DNA of 64,000 nucleotides. Source: Polyangiaceae bacterium (GTDB lineage Bacteria > Myxococcota_A > Polyangia > Polyangiales > Polyangiaceae). Position numbers and translations under genes: made by a program. The stretch is taken from the NCBI GenBank assembly GCA_965222375.1, contig CBDCTZ010000016.1, forward strand, positions 2,144,001-2,208,000, read 5' to 3'. The notes under the pieces are model-generated. The model worked only from the letters and a program-made list of their open reading frames with translations. It was not told the origin of the DNA and did no database searches. Shown here piece after piece: positions 8,507 through 18,113 of the stretch (positions are counted from its first letter, which is position 1; the number at the start of each line of letters is the position of its first letter).

Positions 8507-11314
8507 TCACTCTCCCCTTTCATCACCAGGCCCGAATGCCCAGGGGGCGCCGTCGCCGCAACCATGAATGCGCGGTCTCGCGAACACACCCCAAGTGTCG
8601 TCATCTTGCACCCCTCGAGCGAGAAAGCGCAGTTCGACATCCTTGTCCCACCATTCCTCCAGTGACACGTCCGAGAAGCGTCGCTCTTTGCCGTCTGCAC
8701 TCACACGGTCTTTCACTAGGACCACGTACTCTCCACCCCTCACCACACCGAGCTCGAGGTCTTGCGGCGCACCGGCTTGCGTCGGTTCTAGAGCAAGGTC
8801 GACCGCCAAACAGCTGTCCCGAGGCAAGCGCAGAGGCACGCGGACCTCCGTGGGCGGCTTTCTTTGCGGCTGGGGCTGCAGCTGCAGCGTATCCCCCGAA
8901 ACCCGCGCCTTGCCACGGAGCGTTTCCATTCGACCGTCCTGCAGGCGGTGCACGACACTCACCAAGGATTTGCATCTGGCCATGCGCGGACGCAGGAACC
9001 CCGCGCGTGGTTGGCGCAGGCCGTTGACGGGCGCACTGCCGAACCGGATCAAGATCGGAAGTCCGGCGTATTGGCCGAGGGGGGCCTCGAAGGGGCGCGG
9101 TGCGTGTCCCGGGCGGACCCGCCAGCGCAATAGTCGTGGTCGCTCGAAGCCATCCACAGCGTGCACCTCCAGGTCCGCGTCCCCGCCAGCATCTTGATCG
9201 ATCCCAACCTGACCGTAGAGGCAACTGTCCTTGCAGGGGCGCACCGGAATGAATACCTCGGCGAGGGCGGCCCGCTCCGGGTTTGGCGGCAAGAGCATAT
9301 GGCCCCCGTCGACCCGCGGTGATAGTGCGCGACTCATGGCGGCGCCGCTCTCGATGGCCTTGCGCAGATCTTGATTCGGGAAGCAGCTACCGGCCACTGG
9401 CGGTGAGGCCGGCGCGAGCCACTCGCGCAAGCCATGGACCCGCACCCGCATGTGGCGCGGCGACAGGTGGCGCGCGTGCAGGGACAGCACGACCCGGTCG
9501 GCCGAGGCGCGCAGCTCCGGCGCCGTGGGCGCCCGCCCAAAGCCGAACTTCCACTCCGCTGCTTCCGGGTGCACGGGAATCCACGTGCGCGCCGGTCCGT
9601 TGAAGAATAGCAGTGCTACTTCGGTGGCAGGTGCAATCGGCCGATCTCCGGTGAAGAACTGCGCTTTCAGCCACGGCGCTCCGCCCAGGGCCAAGCGCCA
9701 GTTTGGAAGGTCGAGCTCGTAGTGAAGCGATAGCGCGCTAGTCGACGCGATGGGCGTTCGCAGTGAGATGCTCAAGGTACCTGGGACGTCGACCCTCTCG
9801 TCAACGGGGTTCATGGGCACATCTCGAGTAGTGATGGCGGGCTCCGGCCGCGCCGTGGCTACGACCAGGTTGGGGCCGATCAAGTGTTCGGGTCGTGCGA
9901 TCGCGAGGCGCGCCGGAGCGAATGCTGCACCGTGATGTCGCGGCGGCAAGTCGAAGGAGCGGATCGACGAAATGACGAGGGGGCAACGCTGGTGCGAGCT
10001 GCCGATCCGGTCGATCAGGGAGCTAGCGTGTCCCGGCGACCAGCGATGCGCGCTCAGGCTGGGGCCAGGCTTGCCGCTGATGGCGTGAAGGGCAATGAGT
10101 CTCTCGGGCAGGGTGACGCAGTCGTGCTCCGGATGCGTCTCCAGGTAGCGCAACACTCGGGAGAAGTCGCTTTGGTAGTGTGGAGAGACGGGGTGGTCGG
10201 AGAGCCCCAAGCCCCGCGCCCACTGGGAAGAACTCCATGCGTTCATGCGCCCTGAGTCCAGAGTCAGCCACGTCATGACCACGCCGAGCGAAGCAGCTGC
10301 CGTCGTCCAGCGAACCGTTCGCTGCAGCTCAGTCATGGTGCTCGCGAGCACGAGCGCACCTAGCCCCGGCAGGAGCCCGGCCCAAAGATGCTCCGGATCG
10401 CTTCTGAGCACACCCCGCGCTTGGGGCACCAGGGCGACGCATAGCAGCACGGCCGCGACGGATGCAGCGGTATTTCGACCTCGACGCGCGAGCCAAAGGG
10501 CTATAGCGCACTGCGCGCCGGCAATGCCGAGAGCCAGGTAGGCCCACCCGCCCTCAGGGTCCCGCACCATGGTCGTGCCGTAGGCCCGCAAGCTGGACCA
10601 AGAGCCAGTCCACAGCTTCTGCGCAGAGAAACCCAGTGCCCACAACACTAGCGTGGCGCCCGCGCCCGCGACTGCGAGGGTCAAGGCTGTCCGCCGAACG
10701 TGCTGGCCCCATGACGCGCGTCTTGGGGTCAACGCCAAGAGCCCTTGGGTCAAGACCACCGAGGCAAGGGCGATCACCGATGCATCGATCCCCATCAGGC
10801 ACGACCAGATCACGGCAGCCGCGGCGATGAGCGGCCGCCGCTTCCCGCCCAGGTTTCCCGGAAGCAGAAACACGATCACCGCCAAAGACAGCACCGCACG
10901 AAAAGACCGGACGTCGTCATGGATCGCAGCGATGCCCAACGAAAGGCATACGAAGGCCCGTGCAAGCGGATCTCGGGTCACGTCCCAGGCCATGAGGGCA
11001 ACCAGGGACAGCGACAGCAGTGGAAACGCAACGTGCATCCAGGCAACGAAGCGCGCCGGATCCACACTACCGGAAGCGGAACCAACGCTCGCTATCAGCT
11101 GCCATCCGGGGCCGATGGGAAAGAAAAAATCCCGCCCTACCCAGTCTCCATGCACAGCGCGCCAGGGCAGCACGAACTCCCAGCCATAGTCGAAGGCTCG
11201 CTCGTCCAGGGCTTTCAGATCGAAGAACAGCAGATAGCCGCGGGCATTCAGCAGCACCATGAGCGCCAGAAGCGCGATCGCGGCCAGCGGTAGCCAGCGG
11301 GCGCGCGCATTCAT
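8507..11314 (-). CDS. Large multi-TM membrane protein with periplasmic C-terminal domains (GT-C-like glycosyltransferase candidate)
   Basis: Start MNARARWL overlaps the upstream stop (ATGA); about 10 hydrophobic segments; GRDFFFPIGPGWQL motif shared with the upstream paralog. Confidence 0.7.
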   Translation of the reverse strand: MNARARWLPLAAIALLALMVLLNARGYLLFFDLKALDERAFDYGWEFVLPWRAVHGDWVGRDFFFPIGPGWQLIASVGSASGSVDPARFVAWMHVAFPLLSLSLVALMAWDVTRDPLARAFVCLSLGIAAIHDDVRSFRAVLSLAVIVFLLPGNLGGKRRPLIAAAAVIWSCLMGIDASVIALASVVLTQGLLALTPRRASWGQHVRRTALTLAVAGAGATLVLWALGFSAQKLWTGSWSSLRAYGTTMVRDPEGGWAYLALGIAGAQCAIALWLARRGRNTAASVAAVLLCVALVPQARGVLRSDPEHLWAGLLPGLGALVLASTMTELQRTVRWTTAAASLGVVMTWLTLDSGRMNAWSSSQWARGLGLSDHPVSPHYQSDFSRVLRYLETHPEHDCVTLPERLIALHAISGKPGPSLSAHRWSPGHASSLIDRIGSSHQRCPLVISSIRSFDLPPRHHGAAFAPARLAIARPEHLIGPNLVVATARPEPAITTRDVPMNPVDERVDVPGTLSISLRTPIASTSALSLHYELDLPNWRLALGGAPWLKAQFFTGDRPIAPATEVALLFFNGPARTWIPVHPEAAEWKFGFGRAPTAPELRASADRVVLSLHARHLSPRHMRVRVHGLREWLAPASPPVAGSCFPNQDLRKAIESGAAMSRALSPRVDGGHMLLPPNPERAALAEVFIPVRPCKDSCLYGQVGIDQDAGGDADLEVHAVDGFERPRLLRWRVRPGHAPRPFEAPLGQYAGLPILIRFGSAPVNGLRQPRAGFLRPRMARCKSLVSVVHRLQDGRMETLRGKARVSGDTLQLQPQPQRKPPTEVRVPLRLPRDSCLAVDLALEPTQAGAPQDLELGVVRGGEYVVLVKDRVSADGKERRFSDVSLEEWWDKDVELRFLARGVQDDDTWGVFARPRIHGCGDGAPWAFGPGDERGE

Positions 11315-14109
11315 CGTCCGCACCTCACGAGAGCTGGGTCCACGATCACGAGCCTGCCTTTGCCAGCTCGTCGTTCGAGTTGGAATACCAGGTTGACAAT
11401 GCGCTCTTGGAAGTCCTGCAGCGCAAAGGGCCCCAAGGCTCGAAGTGGCGCGGCCTCGTTGATGGTGCTGCGCAGCAGTCGCTGCCGAAGGCCTAGTTCC
11501 TCGATCCACACTCCGACATCGAAGCGGGTTGGCCCGCTGTCTTCCGACTCCAGGAGAAAGGTTGCTTGCAGGCACGAGTCCGCTCGCGGAGTGAGGCGCA
11601 CGCGTAACTTCGCACTCTCCTCGACGAGCCAGTGCGCGCCCTGGGGGACTATCGCGCCATCGACTACCTGGGCCGTGGTGCCCAGAACAACTGGGCCGTG
11701 CTGCATGCAGGGTGCGAAGCGCGGGCGGAGGATTTCGAGATCCGTATGGCGGGTTTCGAGGGGCGCGGGACCTATCCGTACCCATTGGTGCTTTCCAGTC
11801 AGAGGAACGCGTACTCGTTCGCCTGGTCCCCCCGGAGTTAGGGTCGCGTCCAGCAGCTGCCACCGGTCGGAACCTGTGACGCGGTGTGCTTGCACCCGAA
11901 GGGGCCCCGAACCCGGTTTACGTGAACGCGCTGCCAGCTCTGCAAAGAAGCAGCGGTTGTCGCAGGGGGGGATCTCGAAGAAGACTGCGGCAAGCGCTTC
12001 TCGCGGCTTGCCCGGTCGAAAGCGCAGACTGGAATCCCTGGTCCGCACCGCCGCTCCTCGCGTCACGAAAGACGGTGTGGTCACGCTGCAGTCAACGGCT
12101 TGCCCCTTGCCATCAGCTTCGCTCGGAGCTGGGCGTAGCCGCGTCACCCCGTGCACCACCAAGCGGGCGGTAGCCTCGGTCAGCAACCCCCGAGGGCTGA
12201 CGTCGAGACTCAGACTGGTTGCACGCCGCCTCATGGGCGGTGGCTGACGGAGGATCCAAGAACGCTCTGTGTTTTCGGGATCCAAGGCAAGATAGGTGAC
12301 CGCCCTCCGGTTCACGGACATGTCGTAGACGTAGGTGGCGTCGTGCAGCGGTCCGTCGGGGCCTTGGAAGCGGAACATCAGTCCCGGTGCATAGCCAAGC
12401 TTCGCGCGCAACGCACTGCTGCGCAGGGTGTACTCCACGCGCAGGATGTCCCCAGTCTCGACAGGCACGTCGAGGGGCAGACGAAGCGGAGTGCCCGGAG
12501 AAACAACTTGCTCTCGCGTCGCTTGCGGGATCGGTACCAGCGTTTTGGCTGGCGGTCGCGGTGACTTCCGCAGCTTCATCGCTACGGTTGCAGGACCGAG
12601 ATGCTTCTCGAAGGCGTACAGCTCCGCGATGGCAAGAAAGTCGGCACCGAGATGCCAGTTGATGTTGTTGTGGTCGAAGCCCGCCAGCTGACGAACAAAG
12701 CGTCTGCAGCGCGCGGTGCGGATGTCCCGCGCCAAGCCTTGCTGTAGTGACGAGTTCCACCGCAGCGCCAAGGACGTGGGGCCGGGGACATCGGTGAGGG
12801 CATGGGCGGCGGTCAGCATGGGCGGAAAGCCCATGCACTCTTCCTGGGAACCGGCTTCCTTGGCGAAGGCGACGATTCTCGCGAGATCCGTCTCGAACGC
12901 CGGGTCCGCACCGTTTCCGGCGCGAGCCCAGGCGTAGTCGGAGAAGATGCGAGGCGAAAACCAGGTACTCGGACGAGCAACGAACCAACCGCTGACCAGC
13001 AGCAGCGCCGTGAAGCCCGCGTAGGCGCGGTGAAAACCCTGGGCGCGTTGCCGCGCGGCGAGACGAAGCATCAGAACGACCAGGGGCAGGAAGGCAAGTG
13101 CTAGATGTCCCGGGTCCGGTTGGACCAACGCAAAGCCAGCCAGCACGAGCGCGCCCGTCAGGCCCATTCCCGAGTTGGAGCGTGGCCGTGAGCGCCCCCT
13201 CCAGGCTTCGTGAACCACAACGAAGCAGCCAACCCACCAGGTCACCACACAGACCCCTGGCAGAGCCCCGTGAGCGCTGTAGGCAAGGTTGACGGTGTAG
13301 CTGCCGGAAAGCGCGATCTGGGTCCCTAGCCAAGTTAGGGGGCTAGCGCCGAGTATCATTGCCAACACGGAAGTGACCGCCGTCACGCCGAGCGCGGCCG
13401 CTCCGAATCCAGCCAAGCGCATCCACGCCGGTCGCCGGCTCATCCCGCGCAGACGCAACACGCCGAGTTCCCAGCCGGCCATGCCGACCACCGACGCGGC
13501 GCCGAGGACGACGCGATCAAAAGACATCAATCCGCCGAGGACCAAGAGCGTGGCGGCCAGCAGACCCCTTTTCGCCGTAGGCAGAAGGCGCGACTCCACG
13601 CGTAGCTGTGAATATGCGACCACCAACCCCAGGGAGAGGAGCGCTCGAATCGATGCCGAGCCGGCGGCGCTCGTCCAAACCAGCGCGGCGCTCGCAAGCG
13701 AGACTCTGAGCAACAGTGGGCTCGCTCCCCCGCGAAAGAGTGCGAGGACACTTGCTGCGGCCACGGTTGCCGCGATCAGCTCGAGCCCGGCGACCACTCC
13801 GGAAACGCCTCCGCCAGCGAGCCAGCTCAGGTAGCCTAGCAACTGCCAGGCCGGACCCATGGGAAACTGGAAATCCCGTCCGCTCCATTGGCCGAGGGAA
13901 GCCCGCCAGGGGAGCTCCAGTTGCCAGGAGAAATCCGTGAGGTTGGTTTCCAGAAGCCGGTAGCCGAAATACAGCCGGGATGTCTCGTAGCCGACCGCGA
14001 TGACCGTGACGAAGTAGCCGACTGCCAGCACGGCAATGGCGCGCTCGGCGGTGCGCCACCAGCGTGCGCGCCGGGAGCTCTGCGCCGGCGCTGAGTCCCT
14101 CGAGGTCAT
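11311..14109 (-). CDS. Large multi-TM membrane protein, paralog of 8507-11314
   Basis: 932 aa; GRDFQFPMGPAWQL, PDPGHL and PGPTSLALRW align with GRDFFFPIGPGWQL, SDPEHL and PGPSLSAHRW. Confidence 0.75.
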   Translation of the reverse strand: MTSRDSAPAQSSRRARWWRTAERAIAVLAVGYFVTVIAVGYETSRLYFGYRLLETNLTDFSWQLELPWRASLGQWSGRDFQFPMGPAWQLLGYLSWLAGGGVSGVVAGLELIAATVAAASVLALFRGGASPLLLRVSLASAALVWTSAAGSASIRALLSLGLVVAYSQLRVESRLLPTAKRGLLAATLLVLGGLMSFDRVVLGAASVVGMAGWELGVLRLRGMSRRPAWMRLAGFGAAALGVTAVTSVLAMILGASPLTWLGTQIALSGSYTVNLAYSAHGALPGVCVVTWWVGCFVVVHEAWRGRSRPRSNSGMGLTGALVLAGFALVQPDPGHLALAFLPLVVLMLRLAARQRAQGFHRAYAGFTALLLVSGWFVARPSTWFSPRIFSDYAWARAGNGADPAFETDLARIVAFAKEAGSQEECMGFPPMLTAAHALTDVPGPTSLALRWNSSLQQGLARDIRTARCRRFVRQLAGFDHNNINWHLGADFLAIAELYAFEKHLGPATVAMKLRKSPRPPAKTLVPIPQATREQVVSPGTPLRLPLDVPVETGDILRVEYTLRSSALRAKLGYAPGLMFRFQGPDGPLHDATYVYDMSVNRRAVTYLALDPENTERSWILRQPPPMRRRATSLSLDVSPRGLLTEATARLVVHGVTRLRPAPSEADGKGQAVDCSVTTPSFVTRGAAVRTRDSSLRFRPGKPREALAAVFFEIPPCDNRCFFAELAARSRKPGSGPLRVQAHRVTGSDRWQLLDATLTPGGPGERVRVPLTGKHQWVRIGPAPLETRHTDLEILRPRFAPCMQHGPVVLGTTAQVVDGAIVPQGAHWLVEESAKLRVRLTPRADSCLQATFLLESEDSGPTRFDVGVWIEELGLRQRLLRSTINEAAPLRALGPFALQDFQERIVNLVFQLERRAGKGRLVIVDPALVRCGR

Positions 14110-14159
14110 TTTGGCTGAATTGTATCCTGGGTGAGCGAAAGCTGTCGCAAGCTCCCGAC

Positions 14160-15533
14160 ATGCGGCAGCCTTCCGCCCTCACCGTCAGCCTGCTCTACGG
14201 GCTCGCGTTCGGCGCACGTCACGCCGCCGCTCTTGCCACGGTGGCGCTGCTTTCGCGCAGCGTGTCCGTCGAGGTCTTCGCCTACTACGTGCTCGCACGC
14301 ATCGGGCTTTCCCTGGGAAACGTCGCCGCGGACATGGGCGCCAGCACGGCTCTGGTTCGACTCGTGCCCGAAGCGCCCAAGAATGACAAGGCGCATTTGG
14401 TCGGCAGCTACTTTGGATTCCGAGGGGCTCTCGCGGCGGGCATCACTCTGCTCTGCATCAGCGCAGCCGCGGCTCTGTACGGAATGAGTGCTGTGCAGCC
14501 CTGGTTGCTGCCCTCTGTCGCCGCCTACGCCGCTTGGGTGCTCTCGGATGCCAGCGGCCATGTGCTGCGGGCCTTCGAGCGCCACCGGCGCAACGTGGCG
14601 GCGATCCTAGTCGGTATTGCGGTTCAGTTCGCCGCCCTCGTACTGCTCGTGGTGTTTTGGAATGGAAAGCTTGCTGCCGTACTGTGGGCGTTCGTCATCG
14701 GAGATGCTGTCGTGTTCATTCTCGGTGCGGCCGCGCTGGGCGGCACCATCTCGGCGCCGGCTGTCCACTGGATGAAACGTCTGCTCGCGTTCGGGGCGCC
14801 CACCAGCGTTCCGCGTTGGGTGCGAGCCTTGTCCGCTCTCGACAGGCATCTGATTGCCGCCGTGTCCGGCGTTGCGCAGGCGGCCGTGTATCAGGTGGGA
14901 GCTCAAGCGGCGGCGGTGGTGGCCTGGCTCGAGAGCTCGGTGTCGAGCGGCGCAGAGCCGCGAGCCTACGCAAAGGCGGACGGAGGTCGATGGCTGTCGC
15001 AACTAACAGCTCGATTTGCTGCCCTGGCGGTGCTCGTCGCTGCTTTGCTGATCTTGTTCGCACGTGAGTTCGTGACTCTCGTCGCTTCGAAAACCTATGT
15101 GAGCGCGTTCTTAATCGTGGGGCCGATGCTCATCGTCGCGGTTCAGCACGCCGTACTCGCTCTGACAAATCTACGCGCCACGCAGACCCACGTTCCGCGC
15201 GTTTGGGCTTGGACCGGAGGTCTCGACTTCTTGCTTTCCTTGGCGTTGGCCCTCATTGCGATACCGCAGTTCGGCGCAGAAGGTGCTGCCTGGGCCCGCG
15301 TTGGCGGAGCTTGCTGTGGCCTCGGACTTTCCCTCCACCTGACTCGAGATCGCCTGGCCGCACGGCTGCCAACGGCGTGGCTGGCCGTCGGCGTTCCCGC
15401 CTTTCTGATGGCCGTGCATGTCTTCACAGTGGCCGTGCCCTCGGTTTCGGTACGCGTCCTTGCGATGGTGATCGGCCTCGTAATGTCCGGGCTGCTGTTC
15501 TTCCTTCAGCGCGCTCGCTCCAAGAACGCATGA
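14160..15533 (+). CDS. Wzx-like oligosaccharide flippase (MOP superfamily)
   Basis: About 12-14 TM helices; ADMGASTALVR, LDRHLI...AAVYQVG, IPQFGAEGAAWA are typical of polysaccharide biosynthesis exporters. Confidence 0.8.
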   Translation: MRQPSALTVSLLYGLAFGARHAAALATVALLSRSVSVEVFAYYVLARIGLSLGNVAADMGASTALVRLVPEAPKNDKAHLVGSYFGFRGALAAGITLLCISAAAALYGMSAVQPWLLPSVAAYAAWVLSDASGHVLRAFERHRRNVAAILVGIAVQFAALVLLVVFWNGKLAAVLWAFVIGDAVVFILGAAALGGTISAPAVHWMKRLLAFGAPTSVPRWVRALSALDRHLIAAVSGVAQAAVYQVGAQAAAVVAWLESSVSSGAEPRAYAKADGGRWLSQLTARFAALAVLVAALLILFAREFVTLVASKTYVSAFLIVGPMLIVAVQHAVLALTNLRATQTHVPRVWAWTGGLDFLLSLALALIAIPQFGAEGAAWARVGGACCGLGLSLHLTRDRLAARLPTAWLAVGVPAFLMAVHVFTVAVPSVSVRVLAMVIGLVMSGLLFFLQRARSKNA

Positions 15534-16279
15534 CGGGAAGCGAACCGCCCTTCCCGGGGGCCGTGTTGGCGTAGGCAAAACCCTGCTGGCGCTTGGCCGC
15601 GTTCTGCAACCACTTCGCCTAGACCCACGGGCTGTCGCAAGGCGATTCGGACCGCCTCTGGCGCGGTCTGTGCGATGCGCTCCAAGACCGCTTGCTTGTC
15701 TTCCACCAGGTTTGCAACGTACACGAAATCGCTACCCCGGAAGTCAAACTCAGCCCCCTGCGCGCGAACCACCTCCACCCGTTCGGCATGGCGCTTCAGC
15801 AGGGCGCGCGCAGCCTGCACCGCGCGCGGTTGCGAATCCAGCCCCACAGCGAGGGGTATCGGAGTGCGGTCGAGAACGTGCAGCATCGTCGCGGGCAGGG
15901 GCCCGCACCCGACCATGACAAAGCGCGCGACGTCGGCGAGTCGCTCCCCCTCGAATAAATCGGCAACCCGCGTGTAGGTTCGTTTCGCGAAACCCTCCGG
16001 CTCATCCGAAAGCGCGCCGCCGCTATCCAACTGCCTGCGTACATCCCTGAGCTCACGTTCGAATACCCAGCGTCGGTAGGCTTGACCGACAGCCGCGGCG
16101 ACCTCTCGGGTTTCCGGCCGACGCAGCAGCAGCTCCGCATCCGAATCGGATACGGTCTCGAAGGCCTTGCTTAAACCCAGCAGGGAGGTTTCGGAGCCGG
16201 CTGTTGCCACTTCGCGGAGCAACTCGAGCACGCCGGGAGGGGTCACGAATCCCGCCCGTAGCGCTGTCGGCGCACCCAA
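15506..16279 (-). CDS. Nicotianamine-synthase-like SAM-dependent transferase
   Basis: MVGCGPLPAT (cf. NAS G[SC]GPLPLT), VYVANLVEDKQAVL, ALRQPVGL (cf. LRSAxGL). Confidence 0.75.
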   Translation of the reverse strand: MGAPTALRAGFVTPPGVLELLREVATAGSETSLLGLSKAFETVSDSDAELLLRRPETREVAAAVGQAYRRWVFERELRDVRRQLDSGGALSDEPEGFAKRTYTRVADLFEGERLADVARFVMVGCGPLPATMLHVLDRTPIPLAVGLDSQPRAVQAARALLKRHAERVEVVRAQGAEFDFRGSDFVYVANLVEDKQAVLERIAQTAPEAVRIALRQPVGLGEVVAERGQAPAGFCLRQHGPREGRFASRHAFLERAR

Positions 16280-17466
16280 TGGCGCAGGCGATTTCGCAGC
16301 AGCGTGTGGTCCAGATCCTTCAGTGCGTCTTCCAGGTGGCCCTGCATGCGTCGCGGCATGTCCCGGACTATTCGCGAGAGCACCGCTCGCGCCAAGTCAT
16401 CCCGCCCAATCCCAAGCAGGCCTGGCACGACGTCGGCGTAGAAGATGATGACACCACCTTCGATGGGCAGCCTGGCCAAATCCTCCGGCAGGACCTCGGA
16501 TGTTTCGAAGGGGCTGGGGCTCTTTCGCGCACCAATCACGAGTAGTTCGAGCTTGACTCGAACGCACTTCTCGCAACTTCCGCAATTGAGGCGATCGACC
16601 GGAGACTTGGGGCAGACGCGCAACCGCGAAAGGTCCGCGCCCCAGCCCACCAGCTCACGCAACTTCTCTAGTCGCGTGAGGCGCTCACCTTGATGGTGAA
16701 TTCGAAGTCCGTAGCTGGATAGCTTCGGGTCGACCGCTGGGTGCGTGCCGTAAGGGCTCAAGTTGGCGATGTCTGCGCTCGACGCCAGAAGCACGTCCGA
16801 GTAGCGCGGCGCGAGCGCGTGAGCCGACGCGGACAAGATCGCCGCCTGAAAAATGTCTCCCCAGAACGTGCCATCCGCATCGAGCTCACGCAGGTTCGAC
16901 AAGATGGGAACTACCCCGACGTCCAAAGCCTCGGCCGTCGACCCCGCGTGCTCCAGGGCTAGCGCAAACGCATCTTCAGCGTCTGAACGCTGTACGCGGA
17001 TCTCGAACCCGAGCAGGACGAGCGCGTCCTTCACCCGTCCCGGGTGCTCGCGGCCGAGGCCGCGCTGGTTTTCGTGCAGCGCGTGCAAGGAATCGACTCC
17101 GCCAGAGAAGAAGGCTGCCGTCGCGCGCCGCTTGCCCTCGGGCGCCGCATCTCTATCACCCTCGATCCGCAGTTTTCGCTCCGCCGCATAGAACCAATGG
17201 TCGTAGTAGGCGGCGACGGTCGCCAGATTGCTCCGCAGCCAGGGGCACGTGGGCGCTTCTACTCGAATTCGCTGCTCTCGGAACTTCAGCGCTGGCAGCA
17301 GGCCGCCTATCAAGAAGGGGTTACCACTGCTCGACAAATGACCACGCTCAGACCCTGACGCGAAGTGCACGCGCAAGTCCGGTCTGCTGCAATCCTCCCA
17401 CTGAACGAGACCGCTCACGGCAGGACGGCCCAAGTAGGTTCCGTTTTCAATCCCCGTGATCAGCAC
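16243..17466 (-). CDS. PP-loop (adenine nucleotide alpha-hydrolase-like) protein with Cys cluster
   Basis: FFSGGVDS PP-loop; LRVC...NCGSCEKCVR metal-binding motif. Confidence 0.7.
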   Translation of the reverse strand: MLITGIENGTYLGRPAVSGLVQWEDCSRPDLRVHFASGSERGHLSSSGNPFLIGGLLPALKFREQRIRVEAPTCPWLRSNLATVAAYYDHWFYAAERKLRIEGDRDAAPEGKRRATAAFFSGGVDSLHALHENQRGLGREHPGRVKDALVLLGFEIRVQRSDAEDAFALALEHAGSTAEALDVGVVPILSNLRELDADGTFWGDIFQAAILSASAHALAPRYSDVLLASSADIANLSPYGTHPAVDPKLSSYGLRIHHQGERLTRLEKLRELVGWGADLSRLRVCPKSPVDRLNCGSCEKCVRVKLELLVIGARKSPSPFETSEVLPEDLARLPIEGGVIIFYADVVPGLLGIGRDDLARAVLSRIVRDMPRRMQGHLEDALKDLDHTLLRNRLRHWVRRQRYGRDS

Positions 17467-18091
17467 CTTCGCCCCTAGGGGGATCTAAAACACACAACCT
17501 GCGCGGTGCCCAGCGCGGATCCATGCGTGGGTGCTCCGGCAAAGTCATGTCGAGTTCGAGCCGAACCCGGAGCTGTCCCTCCTCCTTGAGTCGTGCAAAG
17601 TCTCCTTCCGCATGCTCCCAGCCCACGCAGAACTCGGCTACGACGACCTGTGCGCCCCGAGCCAGGGCGCACAGCTGTGCCCATTCGGAATTGACGGAAT
17701 TCGAGCCGAAGTGCCGCAGCGCCAAGCCAAGAAGAATGAGACCGTAGCTGCGCTTCGGTAGCTCCAGCGAGGCGTCCTGGTATCGTTTCTGCAAGTGTTG
17801 GATTCGACAGGCGCGCCCGTTCCAGACGTCGGCTTCGAAGGGGTCCACCTGCGGGTCGACGACCGTCACGCTTTCGTGCGATCCCAAAAGGTACTTTGTG
17901 ATTGGAACCTTGTAGCCGCCAATCTCCACCACGTGAGGGCAGTCCCGCACGTAGTAGGCTGCGAGCACCTGCCGCACACCAGCTTCCGGTGTCAGTAGGT
18001 AGGCCATGCTCAAGTCCGATTCGGAGCCGTATCGATCCCAAACCCACCTGGGGGCTGAGCCTGTTGGAGGGGATTGGGTGGAATCCGTCAT
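17447..18091 (-). CDS. Hypothetical protein, possible class I SAM-dependent fold
   Basis: HVVEIGG followed by VTVVDP resembles methyltransferase motifs I/II; overlaps the next gene. Confidence 0.55.
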   Translation of the reverse strand: MTDSTQSPPTGSAPRWVWDRYGSESDLSMAYLLTPEAGVRQVLAAYYVRDCPHVVEIGGYKVPITKYLLGSHESVTVVDPQVDPFEADVWNGRACRIQHLQKRYQDASLELPKRSYGLILLGLALRHFGSNSVNSEWAQLCALARGAQVVVAEFCVGWEHAEGDFARLKEEGQLRVRLELDMTLPEHPRMDPRWAPRRLCVLDPPRGEGADHGD

Positions 18092-18113
18092 GAACAGCTC
18101 GCAGCGTCCGGGG

